Source: an uncultured Planctomycetia bacterium
GTDB lineage: Bacteria > Omnitrophota > Gorgyraeia > 2-02-FULL-51-18 > JAGOUK01
NCBI GenBank assembly: GCA_964430735.1
Contig: CAYSFB010000001.1
Location: 60,082 to 124,081, forward strand
DNA: 64,000 nt
Direction: 5' to 3'
Of this stretch, positions 1 to 7,581 are shown piece after piece. The translations under genes and the position numbers were made by a program. The notes beneath the pieces were generated by a model. It had not been told where the DNA came from, did no database searches, and saw only the letters and a program-made list of their open reading frames with translations. Within the stretch, counting starts at the first letter, position 1. Each line of letters begins with the position of its first letter.

Positions 1-285
1 CGTTACTGCCACGCCCGCGTCATCCATGGCGAGCTTGGAAGCGACCAGCAGCATGGTCGTCGTCCGGTCCAAATTCCGGACTGACATATCCCCCAGGTAA
101 TTCTTGGGGTTGAAGTCCGGGACTTCGGCGGCCAAACGCGGCCGGCCGCTTTGGAACAGGGAGACGGGCCTGAATCCCGTCGTTCCGCTTTCCAACGCGT
201 CAAAGAAGGCGTCCTTTCCGATCCCTATCGGCGACACAATGCCGATGCCGGTGATCGCGATTTTTTTGCCTTGTTTTGACTGCAT
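1..285 (-). CDS. fabF: beta-ketoacyl-ACP synthase II (KAS II), N-terminal part; the gene runs off the window start
   Basis: The reverse-strand translation from the ATG at 285 reads MQSKQGKKIAITGIGIVSPIGIGKDAFFDALESGTTGFRPVSLFQSGRPRLAAEVPDFNPKNYLGDMSVRNLDRTTTMLLVASKLAMDDAGV, a typical KAS II N-terminus. It is absent from the ORF track because it has no stop inside the window. Confidence 0.8.
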   Translation of the reverse strand, partial: MQSKQGKKIAITGIGIVSPIGIGKDAFFDALESGTTGFRPVSLFQSGRPRLAAEVPDFNPKNYLGDMSVRNLDRTTTMLLVASKLAMDDAGVAVT

Positions 286-297
286 GTCTCTCTTCAA

Positions 298-1647
298 TTA
301 GCCGAGCGGGTAACTCAAGCTGGTTGTGACGATGTGGTATACGTTGTCGTATTCGCCGTCGATGGAAACGTTGGCCGTCGCGTTTCCGACCGCGTTGTCG
401 ACGGATTGGTCGGCCGTAAACTGAGCGGCGTACGCCAGGCTCAACTTGGCTTTCCCCCACATATATTCCAAGCCGGTCGTAACCGTATGCCGGTCACCGT
501 CCGGGATCACGTTGCTGTAATACGTTTCGGTGGACGCTTGCGTGAAGTAGGCGTACCCGCCGAGAACCGTCCACGTTTCGTTCAGCTTATGCGTCACACC
601 GGTATTCAGAGAGAAGGTGTCATCATAGCCGAAGCGCGCGGGATTGCCGCCCGACAGCACGGCATTGCTCGTCCCGTAAGCGAAGTTGAATTGCTTAAAA
701 GCCGACCACCCGGTCCAACCCAGATCCAGCTCGACGGTCGTCTGGTCCGTTAAATCGTAGGCGGCGCCCACCACGATCGAATCGGGGAATGTGATATCCG
801 TATCCGCGCTGGTCCGGAAGCTGCTGCCGCCAAAAATCGACTGCATGACAACTCCCTGGATATTGTCGACATTGAGCTCTCCGTTCAGTTGAGCCCGCAT
901 CTGGCTGCGGTACATCGCGCCGAAGCTCAGGCGATCCGTGGCCTTCCAAAAAAGAGCCGCGTTCCATCCATATCCATGGCCGTCCAAATCCCACTCGCCC
1001 TCAGCATCCGCAAATGCTCCGGGGAGGCCGTTGGCATTGCTGATAAAGGTCGAATTGAACTTGGTATTCTGCTTCAGATCGATGTCCGCATAAGAAAACC
1101 CGCCGGAGACGGAAAGCGAAGGCGTCAACTCGTACGCCGCGTTCACCGTATAGGCAATCTGCTGGATTTGGTTGTAATGGCCGATGTACTTAAAGTTGCC
1201 GGTGCTCGAGTACTGCGTCACCAGTCCGTAGGGCGAATTGGCGGACACGCCGAGCGTGAGCTTGTCGATGGGCGTCTTGAAGCCCATCGCAAACGCGGGA
1301 ATATAGACGGGCGTCACAGGGCCCGTATCGCTGGCCGTCCCGGATGCGGACTTGAACTCGAAGTTGGGCAGCAGAATGGTGTTGCTGGCCATGATCTCGC
1401 TGCCTTTGAGCTGGGTCAAACCTGCCGGGTTGTAGATCTGTGTCGCGGCATCGCGGGGGTCCGCCACGCCGGCGTTTCCCTTACCCAGAACGCTCGCGTT
1501 ATCCAGTGCGACTTCAAAACCGGCAGATCCGGCCGAGTGGGCCGAGGTGCTCATGAGGATACCCGCAGCCAGCAGAGCCGCGACTTTGGGCATGGTCCGT
1601 AATGCTATCTTCACGCTGTTTCCTTTCCGGTGATGAAATGTGCTCAT
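298..1647 (-). CDS. outer-membrane long-chain fatty acid / hydrophobic compound transporter, OMPP1/FadL/TodX family
   Basis: 449 aa ORF. Signal peptide MPKVAALLAAGILMSTSAHSAG (start may be the internal Met at about 1593). It has the NPA hatch motif (QIYNPAGL), a beta-barrel-like alternating composition and size typical of FadL. Confidence 0.8.
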   Translation of the reverse strand: MSTFHHRKGNSVKIALRTMPKVAALLAAGILMSTSAHSAGSAGFEVALDNASVLGKGNAGVADPRDAATQIYNPAGLTQLKGSEIMASNTILLPNFEFKSASGTASDTGPVTPVYIPAFAMGFKTPIDKLTLGVSANSPYGLVTQYSSTGNFKYIGHYNQIQQIAYTVNAAYELTPSLSVSGGFSYADIDLKQNTKFNSTFISNANGLPGAFADAEGEWDLDGHGYGWNAALFWKATDRLSFGAMYRSQMRAQLNGELNVDNIQGVVMQSIFGGSSFRTSADTDITFPDSIVVGAAYDLTDQTTVELDLGWTGWSAFKQFNFAYGTSNAVLSGGNPARFGYDDTFSLNTGVTHKLNETWTVLGGYAYFTQASTETYYSNVIPDGDRHTVTTGLEYMWGKAKLSLAYAAQFTADQSVDNAVGNATANVSIDGEYDNVYHIVTTSLSYPLG

Positions 1648-1657
1648 GGGCGGCGGG

Positions 1658-1867
1658 TTAGTTCTTCTTCGCCGAGCGGACTTTGAAGTTGGACCGCTCT
1701 TGTTCTTCGATCCAGGAATCGATGGTCTTCTTCTTGAAGCGCCACTGCGAACCGACCTTAAAGCCCGGGAGCTTGCCGCCCGCGACGTGCTTGTAGATGG
1801 TGATGGGTTTCATCCTGAGGTAGTTCGCCAACTCAGGAACTGTAAAAACGTCTTCGTCGTGGGCCAT
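1658..1867 (-). CDS. small excisionase-family (HTH_17-like) DNA-binding protein
   Basis: 69 aa with a helix-turn-helix stretch VPELANYLRMKPITIYKHVAGGKLPGFKVGSQWRF. GC content is about 52%. It is paralogous to the ORF at 49940-50179. Confidence 0.55.
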   Translation of the reverse strand: MAHDEDVFTVPELANYLRMKPITIYKHVAGGKLPGFKVGSQWRFKKKTIDSWIEEQERSNFKVRSAKKN

Positions 1868-1913
1868 TCTGTCTCCTTTTTCGGTATTCGGTTCGCTTCT
1901 TTATGAGCGAAAG

Positions 1914-1955
1914 TATGTTTAGTGTATTTGTCTGATATATCATTGTCAATACTAA
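1914..1955 (-). promoter_or_regulatory. putative sigma70-type promoter for the HTH-FadL transcript
   Basis: On the minus strand TTGACA lies at 1949-1944 and TACACT at 1926-1921 with a 17-nt spacer, inside a 190-bp AT-rich island (1868-2058). AAGGAG-like RBS lies before the ATG at 1867. Confidence 0.4.
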
Positions 1956-2058
1956 GCGGAATTAAGCAAAACTATATCTTGCGATACAACACTCTCCCAA
2001 GCACTAATTGTGGGAGTAAAACGATACTATATTTAGATTGGATGCTATTTGGAGGGTT

Positions 2059-2598
2059 CTACTGAGGAAAAATCACACGCTCAAGCAAAGGCAGCCCAAG
2101 CTTAAAAATCGCACGTACGTTGTCGTCTAAAGAAATGCCGGAATCAACCACATAAGGTGCGGTAAAAAGCTTCGGCCCGTCATCCACCCGCTCCGTCGCC
2201 CGGTGCAAGGTCAGCCCCGAAGCGCCCCCGCCTTGTTCCCAGACCCGCCGCACCGGCTCCCGCCCCGCCTGACCCGGCAATAACCCCGGATGAAAGTTCA
2301 CAAACCCCGACCGGGCCATCTTCAAGCTGGCTCCGGACAGAATGACCCCGAAGTTTGCAATGATCCCCAGGTCGATCGGCCCCTGCTCGGCTATCTGCCA
2401 CAGCGCCTCGGCCACATCCGAATCCCCGGCCACCCGATAGATCTCAGCCCGCGCCAGCCGCCCAACCCTCAGCGCCGCCTCCGCCTCGCCCTCTCCTTCA
2501 TATAGAAGGCCGGCCAGCCGCACCCCCGGCAACGCGGCCAAGGCCTTCGGGTATTCCCAGATATTGCCGAGATAGACGACGCTAGTAAGTTTGTTCAT
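2059..2598 (-). CDS. formyltransferase-domain protein (Formyl_trans_N fold; PurN/Fmt-N/ArnA-N-like), stand-alone catalytic domain
   Basis: 179 aa. N-terminus VVYLGNIWEYPKALAAL, motif DLGIIANFGVIL and the folate-site motif NFHPGLLPGQAG. There is no Fmt-type C-terminal domain, so it is not the canonical methionyl-tRNA formyltransferase. Confidence 0.6.
   Translation of the reverse strand: MNKLTSVVYLGNIWEYPKALAALPGVRLAGLLYEGEGEAEAALRVGRLARAEIYRVAGDSDVAEALWQIAEQGPIDLGIIANFGVILSGASLKMARSGFVNFHPGLLPGQAGREPVRRVWEQGGGASGLTLHRATERVDDGPKLFTAPYVVDSGISLDDNVRAIFKLGLPLLERVIFPQ
2477..2583. repeat. direct repeat copy A, covering the 5' end of the formyltransferase gene (about 107 bp; partner at 4144-4250)
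   Basis: A 51-nt exact match gcctccgcctcgccctctccttcatatagaaggccggccagccgcaccccc is followed by about 55 nt at roughly 85-90% identity, ending ...attgccgagatagacga. Confidence 0.85.
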
Positions 2599-2872
2599 TG
2601 CGGCGTTTGACGGCCAGGATAAATACTTTTTTCTCGCTGTCCACGATATCGTAAAAAATACGGTATCGTCCTACCCGGATCCGGTAATAGGCAAGCGCTT
2701 GGCAGACTTTGGAAGGCGGGGTTAACTTGGTGTAGCCATGAGGCCTTGGATCCTGCCCCAAATTTTCCACAGCTACTATGATAGCTTCCTGATCGAACTC
2801 GGGATAATCCGACAGATCCTTGATGAAGCGCTTTTCGGACGATGGCGAGGGGTGTAGAACGCGGTAATTCAA
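2582..2872 (-). CDS. type II toxin, RelE/ParE family (mRNA interferase-like)
   Basis: 96 aa. The C-terminal YYRIRVGRYRIFYDI...VFILAVKRR matches the RelE/ParE signature. A 4-nt ATGA overlap joins it to the upstream antitoxin ORF. Its stop sits exactly at the repeat A boundary and overlaps the formyltransferase start. Confidence 0.75.
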   Translation of the reverse strand: MNYRVLHPSPSSEKRFIKDLSDYPEFDQEAIIVAVENLGQDPRPHGYTKLTPPSKVCQALAYYRIRVGRYRIFYDIVDSEKKVFILAVKRRNEQTY

Positions 2873-3165
2873 GCTTTTCGGGATGCCCGGATCTTCTTAA
2901 AGGAGGCTTCCACTGGAATTCCCTCTGCGCCGGCTCCAATGGCCCGCTTGCCCTCGAATACTTGAGACATAAGATCCTTGTCCTGCAAGTCATCGACCAT
3001 TTCGATCAAGTCGAGCATCATCTGATACGGTAGCAGCACCTGCCGAGGCTGGCCATGCTCAGTGATCACGACCGGCTTAACGGACTTGATGTTGCGCGCC
3101 ATGTTATCTCTTAAGTCCTTGGAACCGATATGCGGGGCCTTGAGGATCTGAGTGGCGAGTGTCAT
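2869..3165 (-). CDS. type II antitoxin, Phd/YefM-like
   Basis: 98 aa. It lies immediately upstream of the RelE-like ORF and is coupled to it. The N-terminal core KPVVITEHGQPRQVLLPYQMMLDLIE resembles Phd/YefM antitoxins. Confidence 0.6.
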   Translation of the reverse strand: MTLATQILKAPHIGSKDLRDNMARNIKSVKPVVITEHGQPRQVLLPYQMMLDLIEMVDDLQDKDLMSQVFEGKRAIGAGAEGIPVEASFKKIRASRKA

Positions 3166-3242
3166 GTTATCTCCATTTAGTTACATTATTATGTACACAA
3201 ATAGGATACATGATTATTGAGCGAATTCAAGGCCGGGCTACC
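3166..3242 (-). promoter_or_regulatory. AT-rich promoter/operator of the TA operon with TACAT/ATGTA inverted repeats
   Basis: Half-sites TACAT (3182-3186), ATGTA (3191-3195) and TACAT (3207-3211) form inverted repeats upstream of a GGAG RBS and the antitoxin ATG at 3165. Antitoxin operators typically sit in this position. Confidence 0.4.
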
Positions 3243-3731
3243 TCAGGGCTTCGACACGCCCTCGGAAGCAGTGCGCTGGATCCGGGCAAAACCGGCATCG
3301 GCGGGAGCCGCGTGCTTGAGCACGGAGGTGCGCATGGAGTCAGGGATGGAAAGATACTTACCCTTGAAGTCGTCAAAAGCCAGCTTCTGCATCCCCTCAT
3401 ACATGAGGACGCCGGTCTCCTGATTCTTCACCACGAAGTACATCTCGAAGCTGAACTTGCGGATATTCCCTGTCGAGAGCTCGATCTGAAGCTCATCACC
3501 AAAAAACGCGTGATGGATAAAGTAGGAGTGCTCCTCGACCGTGATCATGTTGAGCCGGCCTTCGTAGACTGCCTTCATGATCTCGGGCCAATCGGGACAG
3601 GTCTGGAGGAAATACTTTTCCCGAGCTATCCCCTGCCATTTCACATAATTGGAAAAGTAAACAACCCCGCCGACGGCGTTCGTCTCATTGAAGAAAACTT
3701 GATGCTGGAGGATGAAGGGGGCGGGCGTCAC
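3243..3731 (-). CDS. hotdog-fold acyl-CoA/acyl-ACP thioesterase (4HBT/YbgC-like)
   Basis: 162 aa. Motif FFNETNAVGGVVYFSNYVKW is of the 4HBT type. The start is GTG at 3731. GC content is about 50%, against about 67% in the flanks. Confidence 0.65.
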   Translation of the reverse strand: MTPAPFILQHQVFFNETNAVGGVVYFSNYVKWQGIAREKYFLQTCPDWPEIMKAVYEGRLNMITVEEHSYFIHHAFFGDELQIELSTGNIRKFSFEMYFVVKNQETGVLMYEGMQKLAFDDFKGKYLSIPDSMRTSVLKHAAPADAGFARIQRTASEGVSKP

Positions 3732-3987
3732 GCGTTACGAGATGGGCTTGGGTCCTGGGGGGGGTCGCCGCCACATCGATCACGTCCTGGACGGTTTTGA
3801 TTCTGGCAAGCTGCTCATCCGTCAGATCAATCCCGAGCTCTTCCTGCAAAGAGATGGAAAGCTCCGCCACGTCCAATGAGTCGGCCCCCAGATCCTGGAC
3901 GATAGAGGCTTCGGGAGTTACTTTTTCCATAGGCACGGAAAGGGCCTTGGATATAACGGCGCGGATTTTGTCGGGTGATACTTCCAT
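3685..3987 (-). CDS. acyl carrier protein; the 3' end is probably frameshifted at a G8/C8 homopolymer
   Basis: Phosphopantetheine-site motif DLGADSLDVAEL in an ACP-like four-helix layout. With one fewer C in the run at 3757-3764 the protein would end ...DVIDVAATPPGPKPIS at a TAA (3737-3735), just before the thioesterase GTG. Confidence 0.75.
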   Translation of the reverse strand: MEVSPDKIRAVISKALSVPMEKVTPEASIVQDLGADSLDVAELSISLQEELGIDLTDEQLARIKTVQDVIDVAATPPRTQAHLVTRDARPLHPPASSFLQ

Positions 3988-4143
3988 GAGATGGTTAGTA
4001 TAGCAATTGCAAGGGCGCGGTGTCTTTGATTCAAACTGGTCTCAGGATCACCTAAGGGGAATTGTGCACTTAGACCTTAGAGGGGGGTCTCACCCCCATA
4101 CGGTAAATCTCCGTCCTCGACGGCCGCCTGAGCCAAAATTCAG

Positions 4144-4255
4144 CCTCCGCCTCGCCCTCTCCTTCATATAGAAGGCCGGCCAGCCGCACCCCCTGGATCC
4201 CGGCCAAGGCTTTCGGGTATTCCCAAATATTGCCGAGATAGACGATGCGTTTATT
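4144..4255 (-). pseudogene. truncated duplicate of the formyltransferase 5' end (repeat copy B), with no start codon and no catalytic region
   Basis: It encodes ...RIVYLGNIWEYPKALAGIQGVRLAGLLYEGEGEAEAE, matching residues about 5-42 of the 2059-2598 protein. It appears in the ORF track only inside the chimeric ORF 4070-4381, which overlaps the 3' end of the next gene. Confidence 0.6.
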
Positions 4256-5526
4256 CAATTTTTTGGGGCTGACGTTCCGACCCGGGTCTCGCCGTAAGCG
4301 ACGGATGGCTGGGTGTGCAGATAAGGCTGAAGAACTTCTTTTAAATAGTCCGCATACACCTTGTTTCCAAAGACATTCCAATGGCCGTCGTACTTCCAGT
4401 AGATGCTGTCCGGATCTATACGGTTCGCATGCAAATATTTGCTGAACTCAAAGTACGGAACCCCATTTTTGGACAAGAATCCTTTGAGCTCGGCGTAATA
4501 GTCTTTGACGTTCGAGGCCCGCTTCGGAATGAGGCTAAAAAGAAGCGTGTAGCCGTGCTTCTTTGAATGCGCCGCCCATTCCAAAATGGCCTTGCGATTC
4601 TCCTCGGCGAGTTCGGAATCAAACGGGTAGGACGCAGTGTATCCGCTCAGTTCGAGAATTCTAGCAAAATGATGGTATGCGGGATCCACGAAGGACGACG
4701 TCTTCAGCCTGTCAAGCAGCCGGTTATTGCGAGGCCAGTTCTTGATATAGCTGAGAATATTCGCCGTTGCGGAGTATCGTTTGACCAAATCCCGGATGTT
4801 TCTATACCGCTGATACCGCCGCCCTCTCTCAAGCAAAAGCTGATGCTCGGTCAGCCGGACCAGCTCATATTTCCCGGTCTTCAGATCGAAGCGGACGTAA
4901 CTATCTTCCGTCAGATATCCGTCAATGACCGTGCTATGCGGAAACGCATAGTCTCCCTGAATATCGTTGGCAACATAATTGACGACGACGATTCTTGGTT
5001 TCTTGTTCAGTGCTTCGTATATTTCCTTGAACTTCTGGAACTGGTGCCTCTGGGCCGTGTGAGTCACGCCGCATTTTAATACCCGCACCCCTAAAGACGC
5101 TTCCAGAAGAGTGCCGAATTTTTTATCAAACGGGGCGAAGGCAAATGTGAAGCTGTCGCCGGCGAGATAGATCTCGGGGCTGTCGGTATCGAGAAGGTCC
5201 GTGTCAAAGCAGCCTAGATTATTGCCCCAGACATCAAAAGGCTCTGTTTCTCTGGGCTTATGACTGCGGCTTTTCACGTTATGCGCCAAATCGAAGCCGC
5301 GCGTGGGATGTGCCACGAACAAATACCGCTCGTAAAGATCCCGATCGTCCGGCGCGGTGGCGTAGCCCGAATTGAGGCAGCGGACTTCGTTGCGCAGGGC
5401 GTAATAGGCAAACAGGTCAAAAAAAGCCAGCGAAGCGAGAATTATGCCGGCAAACGCGGCACAAGACTGCATCCGGGCTCGAAGCTGGCGGGGTCTGGGT
5501 TGCATATCGGATTTATTTGAGCGCAT
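4255..5526 (-). CDS. membrane-anchored SGNH/DHHW-family hydrolase or acyltransferase (AlgX/AlgJ/DltD-like)
   Basis: 423 aa with an N-terminal TM helix (AAFAGIILASLAFFDLFAYYAL), a GDS block (YLAGDSFTFAF) and a C-terminal DGHWN (D-x-H-W) motif. Confidence 0.55.
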   Translation of the reverse strand: MRSNKSDMQPRPRQLRARMQSCAAFAGIILASLAFFDLFAYYALRNEVRCLNSGYATAPDDRDLYERYLFVAHPTRGFDLAHNVKSRSHKPRETEPFDVWGNNLGCFDTDLLDTDSPEIYLAGDSFTFAFAPFDKKFGTLLEASLGVRVLKCGVTHTAQRHQFQKFKEIYEALNKKPRIVVVNYVANDIQGDYAFPHSTVIDGYLTEDSYVRFDLKTGKYELVRLTEHQLLLERGRRYQRYRNIRDLVKRYSATANILSYIKNWPRNNRLLDRLKTSSFVDPAYHHFARILELSGYTASYPFDSELAEENRKAILEWAAHSKKHGYTLLFSLIPKRASNVKDYYAELKGFLSKNGVPYFEFSKYLHANRIDPDSIYWKYDGHWNVFGNKVYADYLKEVLQPYLHTQPSVAYGETRVGTSAPKN

Positions 5527-5561
5527 CGGAATCGAATAATCTTAACCCGTCACGCTTAAAT

Positions 5562-5610
5562 AAAAAAGAAAAACCCGGCCGGGAATTTTTCAACTCCCGA
5601 CCGGGTTTTT
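5562..5610. terminator. rho-independent terminator downstream of glnK (minus strand); the hairpin is flanked by A-run and T-run
   Basis: Stem cccggccggga / tcccgaccggg (5574-5605), with TTTTT on the plus side and a T-rich run (uuuuucuuuuuu) on the minus-strand side. Confidence 0.6.
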
Positions 5611-5637
5611 GATATCAACAGAACGATAGAACCGGAC

Positions 5638-5979
5638 TTATCCGATCGCGACGGGGCCTGTTTCGCCCGTGCGGATGCGGAGCACGTCCTTGAGCTCGAT
5701 CACGAAGATTTTTCCGTCGCCCACCTGGCCGGTACGAGCGCCGCCGGCGATCGCTTCGATGGCGGACTTCACGTACTCTTCGTTCACGGCGCATTCGATC
5801 TTCACCTTGCGCAGAAGGCTTCCCGCTTCCTTGTGGGAGCGGTAGACTTCGGCGACGCCCTTTTGGCGGCCGCGGCCCATGACCGTCGAAACGGTCAGGA
5901 GGTGGATTTCTTTTTCTTCCAATTTACGGAGCACGTCGTCGAGGCGGTCCGGCTGGATTACGGCAATGATGTATTTCAT
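5638..5979 (-). CDS. glnK: nitrogen regulatory protein P-II
   Basis: 113 aa. T-loop GRGRQKG, C-terminal GDGKIFV...RIRTGE. It lies immediately downstream of an ammonium transporter gene. Confidence 0.9.
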   Translation of the reverse strand: MKYIIAVIQPDRLDDVLRKLEEKEIHLLTVSTVMGRGRQKGVAEVYRSHKEAGSLLRKVKIECAVNEEYVKSAIEAIAGGARTGQVGDGKIFVIELKDVLRIRTGETGPVAIG

Positions 5980-5997
5980 ATCAGCTTCCTTTCCGCC

Positions 5998-7332
5998 TTA
6001 GTCGACCAGCGTGTAGCTGGATTCGCGATGTTGTGTGAGGTCCAGACCGATCCGCTCTTCCTGCTGCGAGACGCGCAGGCCCATGAGCATGTCGATCACC
6101 TTGAGGATCACGAACGTCGCGACAAACGCGTACACGGTGACGATCGCGGTAACCTTGATCTGGATCCAGAGCTGGGCGGGATTTCCGTACAGCAGACCGT
6201 CCGCGCCGGCCGGATTGACGGCCTTGGTCGCAAAAAGACCGGTCGCGATGGAGCCCCAGATACCGCCGATGCCATGAACGCCGAAGGCGTCCAGCGTGTC
6301 GTCGTATCCGAACTTCACCTTCACCCAGGTCACGAAGAAGAAGCAAATCAGCGAAACGGACACGCCGATGGCCAGCGCGCCGAACGGATCCACGAAGCCG
6401 GCGGCCGGAGTGATGGCCACGAGTCCGGCCACGACGCCGGTGATCATGCCGAGCCCGGTCGGGTGATTGTTGATCTTCCAGTCGAGCAGGGCCCAGGTCA
6501 GGCCTGCCATGGCCGCGGCGATGTGCGTCACGACGAACGCGTTGGCGGCCAACGCTCCGGAGCCCAGCGCGCTGCCGGCGTTGAATCCGAACCAGCCGAA
6601 CCACAGAAGGCTCGCGCCCAAAACGGCCAGCGGAAGGTTATGAGGCGGAGACATGTGGTCGGGATAACCGACGCGCTTCCCTAATACAAGCGCCGCAACC
6701 AGCGCCGCGACACCGGCGTTGATGTGAACGACCGTTCCGCCCGCGAAGTCGAGCGCCCCGGTGGCCCGCAGCCAACCGCCGACCGCCCACACCCAATGAC
6801 AGACGGGGTTGTAGACGACCGTCGCCCAAACCAGGATAAAAATGCAGTACGCGCTGAACTTCATGCGCTCGGCGAACGCGCCGAGGATGAGCGCCGGCGT
6901 GATGATGGCGAACATCATCTGGAAAATCATGAACGCCTGGTGCGGAATCGTCGCCGCGTAATCCGCGTTGGGCTCAAGACCGACGCCCTGCAGACCGACC
7001 CATGACAGATTGCCGATCAGACCTTTGACGTCCGGGCCGAACGACAGCGTGTAACCGATCAGCACCCACTGGACGGTGATCAGGCACATCGCCATGAAGC
7101 ACTGCATGAGAATCGAGAGCATGTTCTTGCGGCGGACCAAACCGCCGTAAAAGAACGCGAGGCCGGGGGTCATGAGCAGGACCAAAGCCGCGCTGAGCAG
7201 AATCCAGGCGGTATCTCCGGAATCGTTGGTCGGGGCGGGAGCGTCAGCGGCGAACGCGGGGGCGGCCCAAAGGGCCAGTCCCGCGATCATGCCGGCGATG
7301 CTCCGCAGCCAAGGGGCGCGAAATGGGGTCAT
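5998..7332 (-). CDS. amt: ammonium transporter (Amt family) with signal peptide
   Basis: 444 aa with 11 TM helices and the Amt signature LAFFYGGLVRRKN. Confidence 0.9.
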   Translation of the reverse strand: MTPFRAPWLRSIAGMIAGLALWAAPAFAADAPAPTNDSGDTAWILLSAALVLLMTPGLAFFYGGLVRRKNMLSILMQCFMAMCLITVQWVLIGYTLSFGPDVKGLIGNLSWVGLQGVGLEPNADYAATIPHQAFMIFQMMFAIITPALILGAFAERMKFSAYCIFILVWATVVYNPVCHWVWAVGGWLRATGALDFAGGTVVHINAGVAALVAALVLGKRVGYPDHMSPPHNLPLAVLGASLLWFGWFGFNAGSALGSGALAANAFVVTHIAAAMAGLTWALLDWKINNHPTGLGMITGVVAGLVAITPAAGFVDPFGALAIGVSVSLICFFFVTWVKVKFGYDDTLDAFGVHGIGGIWGSIATGLFATKAVNPAGADGLLYGNPAQLWIQIKVTAIVTVYAFVATFVILKVIDMLMGLRVSQQEERIGLDLTQHRESSYTLVD

Positions 7333-7516
7333 GAGAACTCCTCTTCCTTATTTATGCTGTGGCGGTCGGTGTCAAACGGTCAAAGCTGCCAAAACTGCTT
7401 CGGTCACGATCATCGCACCATTGTCCTTTTTGATGTTTCAGTCATGTTACGGGGCCGTAACAATTGCATCCGGCCAAAATACAACCTTCACGCTCCCGAA
7501 ATTTGGCCGTAACACC

Positions 7517-7532
7517 GGGCCGTAGAATTGCA
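7517..7532 (+). promoter_or_regulatory. sigma-54 (-24/-12)-like element upstream of the plus-strand amt gene
   Basis: gGGccgtagaaTTGCAc has GG at 7518-7519 and GC at 7530-7531 with correct spacing to TGGCAC-N5-TTGCA. A second related copy, ggccgtaacaaTTGCAt, lies at 7453-7468 with spacing one nt longer. The repeated ggccgtaaca units could be alternative promoters or regulator half-sites. Confidence 0.35.
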
Positions 7533-7581
7533 CACAAGAACTTCCACAGTCGGGGGTTCGAAACACACACAAGGAGACGAT

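Noticed and set aside
1868-2058. AT-rich 190-bp island as a possible tRNA, sRNA or att site
   Set aside because: No cloverleaf-compatible stems or tRNA-like conserved boxes were seen. A -35/-10 pair positioned for the HTH gene explains the island adequately. An sRNA cannot be excluded without expression data.
2059-2598. Calling this gene methionyl-tRNA formyltransferase (fmt)
   Set aside because: It has only the about 180-aa Formyl_trans_N catalytic domain with the HPGLLP motif. The Fmt C-terminal tRNA-binding domain is absent, and the context is lipid- and glycan-related, so only a generic formyltransferase-domain call is justified.
4070-4381. 103-aa ORF as a real gene
   Set aside because: It is a chimera. 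Its 5' half overlaps the 3' end of the SGNH gene in another frame, and its 3' half is the start-less duplicated formyltransferase fragment. It was annotated as a pseudogene remnant instead.
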